Assembly (NCBI GenBank): GCA_008632985.1 | Contig: QPGO01000017.1 | Location: 744,001-790,205, forward strand | DNA length: 46,205 bases | Reading direction: 5' to 3' | Source: Psammoneis japonica | Lineage: Eukaryota | Shown here: one piece after another, positions 34,324-44,160 of the stretch | Layout of the letters: each line of letters begins with the position of its first letter | Numbering within the stretch: position 1 is the first letter of the stretch | Translations under genes and position numbers: made by a program | The notes under the pieces: generated by a model | What the model was told of the DNA's origin: nothing | Seen by the model: only the letters and a program-made list of their open reading frames with translations | Database searches by the model: none

Positions 34324-35461
34324 ATGACGGCCGCTGTTGCCGGCGTGGCCCTCCGCGGGTCGCTTTTCAGACTCCATGCTACTCGGATGCAAACCTTTCC
34401 AATTCATCTTGCAAGATCTTTTGCAACCAAGGAACTGGTCTTATCGCACCCTTCAGAAGTTGACACCTCCCCTCCTTTCAACCGTGGCCGAATCGTTTGT
34501 ATCACGTCCGGCAAAGGCGGTGTCGGCAAGACAACATCAGCAGCTTCCTTCGCCCTCGGTCTGGCACAGAAAGGAAAGAAGACATGTGTTGTCGACTTTG
34601 ATATTGGACTGAGAAATCTTGATATTCATCTTGGTATGGAGAGGCGAGTTATCTTTGATTTTGTCAACGTTCTGCTTGAGGAGTGTACGCTCAATCAGGC
34701 CTTGCTCAAAGACAAACGGGAATCCAACCTTTACATGCTTGCCGCCAGTCAAACTAGAGATAAGGATAGTCTTACTGTAGAAGGTGTGGAGCGCGTCTTG
34801 GCAGATTTATCTAAAGACTTTGACTATGTTGTGCTTGACAGTCCGGCAGGGATCGAGAGTGGGGCTCGACACGCAATGTACTTTGCAGATGACGCCATCA
34901 TTGTTACTAACCCAGAGCTGAGTTCTTGTCGAGATGCAGATAAAATGATTGGCTTTGTATGGTCCAAGTCACGACGGGCGGAAATGGGCGACGAGGTCAA
35001 ACCTGTCACACAAACTCTTCTCATTACACGCTACGACCCCGCAAGAGTAAGTACAGCAAGTTTGCGTTCTCACTGGCTTTTATCTGCTGCCACATTCTCA
35101 GTACATATCTTTTCACGTTGATAGGCTGAGGCTGAGGAATCTTTAAGAATTGCTGACATCGAAGAGCTACTCGGGTTGGATGTCGTCGGCGTCATTCCAG
35201 GTACGGTTGGTCATCATGCGTACCATTTCTCTCTTAAATGCGATGTTTTCTGACTTTTCTGCAATGTTTGTCTCTTTCTTTACAGAGTCCAAGGATGTAT
35301 TACCCTGCACGAACCTTGGTAAGCCAGTGATTACACTTGGAGAACAAAACCCTGCTGCTGGAGCGTATGCCGACATGGTTGACCGATTCTTGGGTGAAGA
35401 CAAGGCTCTTCGATTCACTACACCCGAACCCGTTTCTTTCTTCTCGAAACTATTTGGCTAA
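34324..35461 (+). CDS. minD: Septum site-determining ATPase MinD, proteobacterial type, probably mitochondrial; exons 34324-35046, 35125-35200, 35286-35461
   Basis: Deviant Walker A SGKGGVGKTT, DFDIGLRNLD, ASQTRDKD, DSPAGIESG and NPELSSCRDAD. C-terminal membrane-targeting helix SFFSKLFG. Arg-rich, acid-free N-terminus (MTAAVAGVALRGSLFRLHATR...RSFA). Two GT-AG introns. Confidence 0.92.
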
Positions 35462-35679
35462 ATTGTACAGTCTGAGTTCTCGTTGAATATATCTATTTTG
35501 TCTAGTAGCCCGATACAAATTCCCAATAGAGCATTGCTGTCCATTACATGTTTTAGAACAGCAGTTCAAAAATAGAAAAGTACTCCTACACGTGCCTTTC
35601 TGCCGAGATCTCGGGCAGCGATCTTGTCGAGCTCCGTGTTCTCGTAGATAAAGTCGTTGCCACCCCACCAATGCGTCTT

Positions 35680-37412
35680 TCAGGCAACAATTTGCTCAAG
35701 CTCCACGTTCTTGTGGATAGAGGCATTGCCACCCATATTACCGCAATCTTTGCAAGAGCAGCGATCACTGTCACAAGCAAGATTGTATCGGAAGCAGTCG
35801 CAATACTTCTTCAAGCACCTGTATTCATTCAGACGGAGATGAGAACAAACAGATTTGTTAGAATAATGCATCGCAAACGATCAGGTCGGACGTTGTTGCA
35901 TTCAGAATTGTCTCACCGATTGTTCTTACAGGCACACCCAGTGCCAATTTTCTTGACCTTCTTCTCGAAGGCATCTGGACGTTTTTCCAGGCATCTGCGA
36001 ATAGCAATGTCACGTTTCCCACCCAACGCACTTTCCTCTTCCGTGTTGAGACAAGACACACAGGAGCACGAAATGGAGCAAACGCTTCCACTTTGGAAGC
36101 AGTCACAGTAGAGTTTGAGGCATCTTGACTTGACGCATCGACAAACCATGTCCCCGGGAGTGGCTTCAGAAGCTCTTTCCTTTTCCGACACAAAAGCGTT
36201 GGGGTTACGGCTCAACGTGGAGCGGATTGCATGGGTCAAGATTCCGTCAGATCCGCTCTCCGCTACCGTGTTGTGGCAGTTGGCGCAAGCGCAAACGTCG
36301 GTGCAATGGCGGCGGGCCTTGAAGCAATCACAGTAAAGTTTGATACAATGTGACTTCGAGCAGCTGCAACCCGCAGCTCCGTTATCCTTGAGAGGACCAA
36401 CCTCGAGAGTTGCCGAGCAAAGGAGGTCCAACATTCCCGTGTCGTTCTTGTCGCGTGCCATCGGGAGGGACCTCTGCTTCTTCCGGGCGCTAAAACTGGA
36501 TGCTCCAGCCTTAGTAGGAGAACTCAAGTCTTGAGGGGGAGCAGAGCGCTTTTCGCGTTCCACACGAGTGAAAGCACTTGCCTTCTCTTGGCTCTCGACT
36601 TCTGAGCAGTCATTGGACTGCGGTTTCTTGACCTGCTCGTTGTTGGTTGGTTGAGTAACCGCGCTCGCTGGTGTAGCTTGCTGTTCTTTCTTTACAAGAG
36701 TTTCTTTGGCTTCCATACTCGGTGGCCGATGATCGACAAAGCTGTTTCGACGGTACTCAGTTCTTGGTTTAAACGCCACCTGTCCCAAGGGAGCGTCTCC
36801 GAGAACCGAGTTTGCAATTCGGTTCCTCATGTCGCGTTCTAGAATTCCCATCTCGCGAACATTTTGATCCCGCTGAGCACGTCCAAGAAGGTGCTGACTT
36901 GTACGAGCAGTTACAGGAGCAGTAGCGACTGGGTAGCCAGCACGCATTTGCGGAAGTGGATGTCCACGCCCAGGCGGTGGATAGACGGACTTCGTATTCA
37001 ACCACGCCTCGTATTGTAGATCAGAGGCCCGTCGAGAGAGCAGTTGAAGCGATGGGTCTTCTGGGTTTCCGTGTCGGAGGGAAGTCGGGGCCACGATAGC
37101 CATCGCGTGCGGCGCTGTAGGGACGGCGGTATGTCGATTCGCCGCGTTGGAGTTGGAGGGCTCAGCGATGTCACGAGTAGCGTGAGCGTCTTCGCGTTCG
37201 TCTCTCACGTCACGGTCTAGATCACTCGATCGGTTAGGAAGCATAATGCCCCCTACAGGCGGCGACTTAGAGATTGCATGGACGGCTCGAGCGGTAGGAG
37301 CGGTAGGAGCCATCGGTCGCTTCGTTGGATCGTGGCGAAGGTGCTCATAGTATGGATGGCCGGCATTGGCACGACGTCCGTCCCCTACAATCGGATAACG
37401 ATACGATGACAT
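35680..37412 (-). CDS. CRC/CXC (tesmin/TSO1/LIN54-like) DNA-binding protein with three CRC domains; exons 37412-35917, 35818-35680
   Basis: CSCSKSHCIKLYCDCF, RNPNAF linker, CRCVKSRCLKLYCDCF, KRPDAF linker and CACKNNR/CLKKYCDCF across intron 35916-35819. Confidence 0.9.
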
Positions 37413-37479
37413 TGCGGAATATGAACGTCCTGGTTTGGATTGACACTGATACAGCAAAAACCAACGGGGGGTCAAAGAA

Positions 37480-38065
37480 CTTTTGAAAGAACGGCGACGC
37501 CTTCCTCCTCTTTTTGTCTCCGTGTTTGTTTTGTGCTCCGTCGGAGATGAACGTTGTGTGGAAAACGAAACGTTTCAGTCAGTTTATCCAATAATCAACC
37601 TGGTTAATGTATGATATTTTTTATGTTAAAGATTGAATATTAACATTAAAACGAAACAAATTTCAATTTCAAAATGAGCGTAGGAAAGTACCAGCCAGCT
37701 ACGAATTCCAAAAATGGCGAGACCGAAAATTCTTGCTCCATCGAGAATGTAGATAATATAGATTAGGACTAGAGGAAACGATTAAAGAATTTATCCCTTG
37801 TCAATGAATATCATAGAGGAAGTTGGAAACGTGTCATGCACTTAATAAAATCACTTCGAAGCGCGGGCCTGTAAGTCGCTGGCCGATCGAAATTTCAAAA
37901 TTCCATACACAAAAACGATAGTGAATCAACGAGGTCAGATCAATTTTGAAAAAAGCTCTTTAATTGAATCTATTCAGCATTGATAAATATATTAAACCGG
38001 TATCCTGCCGTTTTTGTGGAGCTAAAAATTCAAAACGCGCGTTTGAAATTTTGGATTTGGCGCGA
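37480..38065. promoter_or_regulatory. AT-rich upstream region with a cluster of CHR-like (TTYGAA/TTCAAA) and E2F/CDE-like sites
   Basis: CHR-like hexamers at 37482, 37668, 37855, 37894, 37945, 38029 and 38042. Near-palindrome AAAATTCAAAACGCGCGTTTGAAATTTT at 38025-38052 and TTGGCGCG at 38057. Confidence 0.45.
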
Positions 38066-38148
38066 CCTACATAACAGTAGGAATACATCCAGAGGGGCGG
38101 TAGGTATGGAAGAAAGCACCAGGAGGATACGGAGCTCTAACATCATGC

Positions 38149-38366
38149 AACTGGGATCGGGAGTAACGCTTCACATAGATGACAGCGTGCGCCGGAATAC
38201 AACACTTTATGAATCCAGATGATAGTCCAGCTCCTACCCAATTGAATGGATCAGGCAGTCAAGCTTGTTCGAAGTCCATAACAGTCTCGCGATGATAGAT
38301 CGAGTGCGTGACCACGTCTCGTCTTCTCAGACAATGCAATAGATAGAGACGGAGATTTGCTTGCAG
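38149..38366 (+). repeat. Left copy of a ~215-bp direct repeat (homologous to 43622-44117)
   Basis: ACTGGGAT...CACATAGATGACAGCGTGC...GAATCCAGATGATAGTC...CCTACCCAATTGAAT...GAAGTCCATAACAGTCTC...GTCTTCTCAGACAA is shared with the right-hand array. Confidence 0.9.
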
Positions 38367-41300
38367 CCATTACGAGCGAAGACTTGACAGGTAAGAGGGA
38401 CAAACCCAAAACTGGGGATCCTTGCCAACAATGCTTTTGCCTCAGATTGCGAGGACAGGCTACCTTCTACCTCTTTTATTTGTGCTTCAAATGATTGAAA
38501 CCAATCGACCGGTAAGTATTGCACTAGACACGTCTCCTCTTGCTTCCATTATCTTGGACTCCTCTAAACGAAGATGCAGAGTCGTCTCAATCCGCATCAA
38601 CAAATCTTGCTCTGTGTTACGCGCGGGCGCCAATACGCTGTGCAGTCTTTGCAGAGCTGAATTAGCCAATTCCAGATCCCGAGCCGCGACGATTTGCAGA
38701 ATCGCCATAATTGGCAAGCTAGAGAGGAAACTGGATCGACTTCTGGGATCTAACGTTAAGGAAAAAATCTGTTTCGCATCCGTGCGGTCTCTTAGGGACG
38801 ACGCCTTCAGTTTCTAAGTCAAGAACAACGCGTTCGCCATCATGATGGTTGGTGCTTAACCCCCAAATCAAAACTAAGTCTAGAGGCGTCGATCGGCCGG
38901 AAGCACAGTCGTCCAGATCGTTCAAGACTTGAAGCCTCAGAACGAAGCTCGCTACACCTGTCAACACCGATTCTGGGGTAACAGTGCCTTCAACACTTTG
39001 TACAAGACAGCAACGAGCCCTCATCATGCGTATGCAAGAACTCATATCTTCTTGTATGAGTATCACGAACACTGCAGTCATAGACTCCGACAATCCACCA
39101 CACCCTAAATCATCGGAAAGCAACACTTCAAGTTCTTTCGGCACTGACGACAAGGCATTAAGAGAACGGATCGTGATGAAGCTGCAGACGTATTATCCGC
39201 AGTTGGAAAGAAGTTTCGCCCCCCTGCAAACGGTGAAAACTTAGCTCGAACCACGTGTCACGTAGTTTGAGGCGATCTGCACTTGACAGTTATCGAAGTA
39301 CGCCAGATCTGAACTTGACAGTTATCGAAGCACTCCAGTTGCTTCACCTTCTACTACCACTTCTACGTAAGTCCTCATAATGTTCTTCAACCCGAGCGAG
39401 ATCATCCAAACAAGCAACGAGTTGGGCAGGTGCACCACATCTCTTCGTGGCTTATTTAGCATCAACTCTTCGAAGGTGGTCAAGAGCCGAAGAGACTAGA
39501 CCACAAGGCTGTGCCGGGGAATTCTGACTATCCAACAACTGCAGAGCCGCCTTTTGAATTTCCACCGCTCTAGCGGCATCGTAATCTTGAAGCTCACGAT
39601 GGAGTGTCTGACAGAATTCAAGGGCTTCCGTTAGGTTTACTTCGGCTTCACTCTGCCCACGGTGCAGCGATCCACAACCAATTATTTCATTGGAGATACG
39701 CTGGAGAGCCCCGGTGGAGCCTCAGAAAGTGTTATCGGCGTATAGCTCGACGTAAGTTAGCGCCATAGCATATCGTTTGGTACTTATGCAGTTCTTTGCA
39801 ACTTCCAGACCGTCTATATCGAGAAAAGACCAAAAGGGACGCCGGCCCATCTAGGCACAGGCTCTATGCCGTCGTTGTAGGCCAGACTGTCTGGTAGAGG
39901 GGATTTCGTCAACGATCGGCGAGACGACTTGATCTGATTCCGATGCAACCTGCTGGAATGGGCCCGTGGATTCTTCTTATGACGCTTCGATAAGAGGAAC
40001 TGCTGTTGTGATGCGATTCGTACATATCCAATGTATGCAATGCCAAGGCGACGGATTTAGCGTAGAAGTTTAACCCATCACTATGCGCAGCGTCTCGCGA
40101 TTCAATGCGTTTCGCGAAACAGCTAGCTATAGAAAGCCTTTGGTAGTCGTTTTCCGCACGGTGATTGACAACCTTGCTGTGCAGGCCATGCTCTTGGTCT
40201 TTAGCACCACTGAGCTAGTCAAAGATTATCGCAGGAAATATGGCCGCAGCAAACTCGGGCTCGATAGAGCTCATTTTCAAACAGCAATGAAAAAATCCCT
40301 TGGACTTATTCTTTCTCGTATAAAAACAGTTGATGAGCGAGCAGACGAGTTTTCGGATTCAGTCTTCATAGGGAATAGATTCTTCGTCTTCGAGATTCGA
40401 GACTTCATAAGCTCTCTTCGAAACACCACGGCAATGCATCGTGATCGACGGATTCTAATGGCGAGAAACTAGAAGCCACAGACTCTAGAGAAACAAAAAA
40501 CTCGTCACTTCGAGTAGCTTTCGCGGCACGAAACGGTCGCAATCACGGCTTGCATTCGTCACTCTGTTATTGTCTCCACCATAGAGATCCAAGATGAGGT
40601 TGAAGAAGAGCTTTGATTGTTTCAACAGCAGCGAGCGGACTTCCTATCCTGGGAGACTTCTGGGACCTGCAGTGATTTGATGTACTCAAAAATGAGTTCG
40701 AGAACTTCAAAAGTTCCTATGATGCTGTTCGTTGTTTCTTTTTTGACTTTGTTCCCGTATTCAAAGATTGGCGACCGCGTTTAATCGAAGTAGCCACCAT
40801 CATTTATCGAATCCAAAATAGGCGAGAACGACATATCTTTGTCTCTGATGAGGACCAGCCCGAGACTTCGCCGCCTTCTTTCGATAGAATACGCATATGC
40901 TTCGGTACACTCCATTACAAAGCTCCTCTGAGATTCCTCGTGGACAAGAAGAAGTGTGCTAACCAGGCTGAACAAGCTCTGCACTACTTCTTTGTTCGTT
41001 GTCTTGTTTGAATTCGAGCGAAGGTCGTCGTGAAAAAATGTTTCATCTTTGACGAGCCCCGTCCCTTCAATGCCGGATCCTCGAGAAGACATGTCCAAAA
41101 TCACACTAAGAGCGACGCCTACTTCAGAGTCTTCAGCGCCGTCTCGAACCCGCACTGCTACCAAATCAAATGGCACCTCAAATACAAGTAAAAATTTCGT
41201 TTTCTGTACTGGTAGCACGGCTTCAAAAATCCACGCGCTCAAAAACAGAATGCATTCCGTTACAGTAACACCAAGATTTTCGAAGATAGCACCAGTGTAT

Positions 41301-42880
41301 AGTCTTTCTCCTTTGCCTCTTTTGAAAGTTTTATCATCGCATTCACACATGAATGAGAGGAGAACCCACAGACACCAACACTATGCTCGTGCTCCCACAA
41401 AGTTGAAGGATTCGACGCAAGGCGACGTACGCCTTTCTCCGTTTTTGTATATTATAAGAACTAACTCCGGACAATGAAGTCTCAACCTACCTTGGCAACA
41501 ACCATCGACGCCGTCGCCTTCTCCGAACTGTCTGGCTCATCAGAATGTGCTGAGGGCGAGAAATACCCAGGTAGTTCTAGGAAGATGGCTCTTATAAGCA
41601 GCACGCTAACCCCATCGTCATCAGGTTCGATGTTAAGCATATCACAAACTTCGCGAAGATACTCCTAGCCCCTCTCACATATCCAATTATCGGAGACCGC
41701 CAACGAAGTCTCCTGTGAGGAACTTGAAGCGAAAAGAAGGATCAGAGGGACAATGAGATGAACATTCCGCATCGTGTACTCGACAGCCGATGCCGCTCTG
41801 AGTTGATTTGTATACAGCCCATCACTACTCTCGTCCTGATCGGCGAGCCGAAAGCTACTCACAGTAAGGCCTGTATCCATCTGAAGTAGTTGCCTCAGCA
41901 AGCAAGGAGAATTCATAAGAAGAGACACTGATGCAAGTTAGGCTTTCTTTCCGAGCCAAGCGTTAACCATCCGCTCGCATTCATCCTGGAACATATCTTC
42001 TGCGCTCCGAAAGCCGCGAAGGACGGCAGTCATTTCACAGGATCGAAAGCAGATAGCCTCAAGATCAGGTCTTACAGCCGACAGCATAACAAAATCAAAC
42101 AAAATCTCACGACAAATTTCAAGAGCGGAGGTGCATCCTGTGATGAAACCCCTACAAATGAGCGAACTGGCTTCGAAGGAGAGGAGCGCGTCGTCCGACG
42201 CATGATTGTTCTCGATAGATGTAAGCTTTCCTTGGGAACCGAGTCTTTGTCTTCATACCAACGTCTGAAAGCCGACAAAATCTTGCTATGGTTCCTGCTT
42301 CTAGTTAGGGGAGGCAACACCATGAATACACTATCGGCGATCCTTCTTGGTCTCCAAGGACACGCAGAACAGCTCCGACCGCAAAGCACGCATGGACATA
42401 TCACAGAGGGCAAAAATCACAAATTGAGTTGAGAACACGTGAACGTGGTCGAACTCTCGATGAAAGTTCTCTCGGCCTGAACGAAAAGCTCTCGTTGCGG
42501 CATACAACCTTTCAGCACGGATGTCAGGACGTGACTTGAGCGATCGACGCTCTGACTTGCTGTTTTCTGCTTTTAGCGTTTCTGTAATGTACCGGCAATC
42601 GTTCCAACTGAGGGCGTTAGTATTCGATTCTTCGATGCCCACAATCTGGCAACACTTCACGAATCCAAACCGATGCTACGTTATTGCAGGACCAGAAGCT
42701 GTGCGCATTGAGTTAATCATGTCACAGCACAATGGAACGATGGGTTCTTTGTCGTCATTGTAGCAATTGTGCGAGACTGCCTCGTCTCTGCAGATGAGGT
42801 CAAGGCACAAAATGCCTTATGCTGGATCCGTCTCCTGTATTGAAATTCCACTGTCTGTATGGCTTTCTATCAAACGCAGC
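38367..42880 (-). pseudogene. ATM: Disrupted ATM/TEL1 (PIKK) fragment, HEAT/FAT region, no kinase domain
   Basis: Broken minus-strand frames give LDIDGLEVAKNCISTKRYAMALTYVELYADN (~39730-39830; compare ATM LDLNYLEVAK...TALLYAEIYAD), LGLKNIMRTYVE, LRLEESKIMEARGD and RIPSFGFVPLTCQVFAR (compare IPSYKFLPLMYQLAAR). Many stops and frameshifts. The right boundary is approximate. Confidence 0.75.
39274..39338 (+). repeat. 32-bp tandem duplication inside the ATM pseudogene
   Basis: GATCTGCACTTGACAGTTATCGAAGTACGCCA / GATCTGAACTTGACAGTTATCGAAGCACTCCA. Confidence 0.85.
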
Positions 42881-42892
42881 CATAGCATTGTC

Positions 42893-43313
42893 TCAGCTAC
42901 CAAATGACAAATCTTGGGGTAGAAATCTAACAAAGGAAGAGCAGATTCGTGTGAGAAAATCATCTCGCCCCATCGGATTTGTTTCTTGATGAGAACGCAC
43001 CCATTTTTGTTTTAGGTGATGCATAAGATCGAATTTAGGGCGTTCAACTGTCATGACTTTAATCATATAGTTCTGGAGCAGAAAACCACTCATAAATCAT
43101 AAAGTAAGACTCGGCACCTTCTACATCCAGAGATAGATAACCAATCCTTGATGGTACATAGTACCGGTCGAAAATATCAGTCAAGGTCACGGTGTATCGT
43201 GGCTCCATGATCTTGTCCTTAACACCTTGATTCCGATTGTCAAAGTCACGTCCGATAAATCCGTCGTACAATCCAGCATCCGAATACGAAATGGCATTCC
43301 AAAGGCATTGCAA
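42893..43313 (-). pseudogene. FkbM-family (Methyltransf_21) methyltransferase fragment, frameshifted
   Basis: TVTLTDIFDRYYVPSRIGYLSLDVEGAESY, then in another frame YMIKVMTVERPK; N-terminus missing. Confidence 0.7.
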
Positions 43314-43621
43314 CTCCTCCGACCAACCTGAGGATAAATATTCTTGCTGCTCGCTGAAAGACTTGGAAACGTTCTATCGATCTCCGCAAGAAAAACTTGG
43401 GCCGGCAGACCTTAGAGTTATTTCACTCGTCTGATCATTGTTGGTTCGTTCGTTCCATCTTTACCACAAAGACAATATACCGGCATTACATTCATTGGGT
43501 CTGTTGATTCTTTTAAATGGTTCAACATAGTCCAAAATCAAACACAATCGAGGCGTTCGCTGCTTCTTGTAGTTTCTAAAATAGTGCATAGAGTTCTTTG
43601 ATTAAACCTTTCCTCAATTCG

Positions 43622-44117
43622 AACTGGGATGGGGAGTAATGCCTCACATAGATGACAGCGTGCAGCCGGAATACAACCCTTTGTGAATCCAGATGATAGT
43701 CTAGCACCTACCCAATTGAATAAATTAGGCAGTCGAAGCTTGGGCGAAGTCCATAACAGTCTCTCGATGATGGATCGAGTGCGCGACCACGTTTCGTCTT
43801 CTCAGACAACGCAATAGGTAGACGGAGGTCAGATGATAGTCTAGCACCTACCCAATTGAATGAATTAGGCGGTCGAAGCGTGGGCAAAGTCCATAACAGT
43901 CTCTCGATGATGGGTCGAGTACGTGACCACGTTTCGTCTTCTCAGGCAACGCAATAGGTAGACGGAGGTCAGATGATAGTCTAGCACCTACCCAATTGAA
44001 TGAATTAGGCAGTCGAAGCTTGGGCGAAGTCCATAACAGTCTCTCGATGATGGATCGAGTGCGTGACCACGTTTCGTCTTCTCAGACAACGCAATAGGTA
44101 GACGGAGATATGCTACA
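43622..44117 (+). repeat. Right direct-repeat copy expanded into a 3 x 140-bp tandem array
   Basis: AGATGATAGTCTAGCACCTACCCAATTGAA starts at 43691, 43831 and 43971; the units are near-identical. Confidence 0.95.
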
Positions 44118-44160
44118 GATCGAATCTTTCAAGTTTTGATATGGTACACTACCTGCAGGT

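Noticed and set aside
34159..35461. minD as bacterial contamination or recent HGT
   Set aside because: It has two spliceosomal introns and a targeting extension, and sits among eukaryotic genes.
38367..42880. Stop-codon readthrough or alternative genetic code to rescue ATM
   Set aside because: The disruptions include frameshifts and a 32-bp duplication, the kinase domain is absent, and neighbouring genes use all three standard stops.
43690..44108. 140-bp repeats as a CRISPR array
   Set aside because: Units are contiguous with no unique spacers, there are no cas genes, and the context is eukaryotic.
38149..44117. Direct repeats as LTRs of a retrotransposon
   Set aside because: No TG...CA termini, PBS, PPT or gag/pol seen; the interior is host-gene debris.
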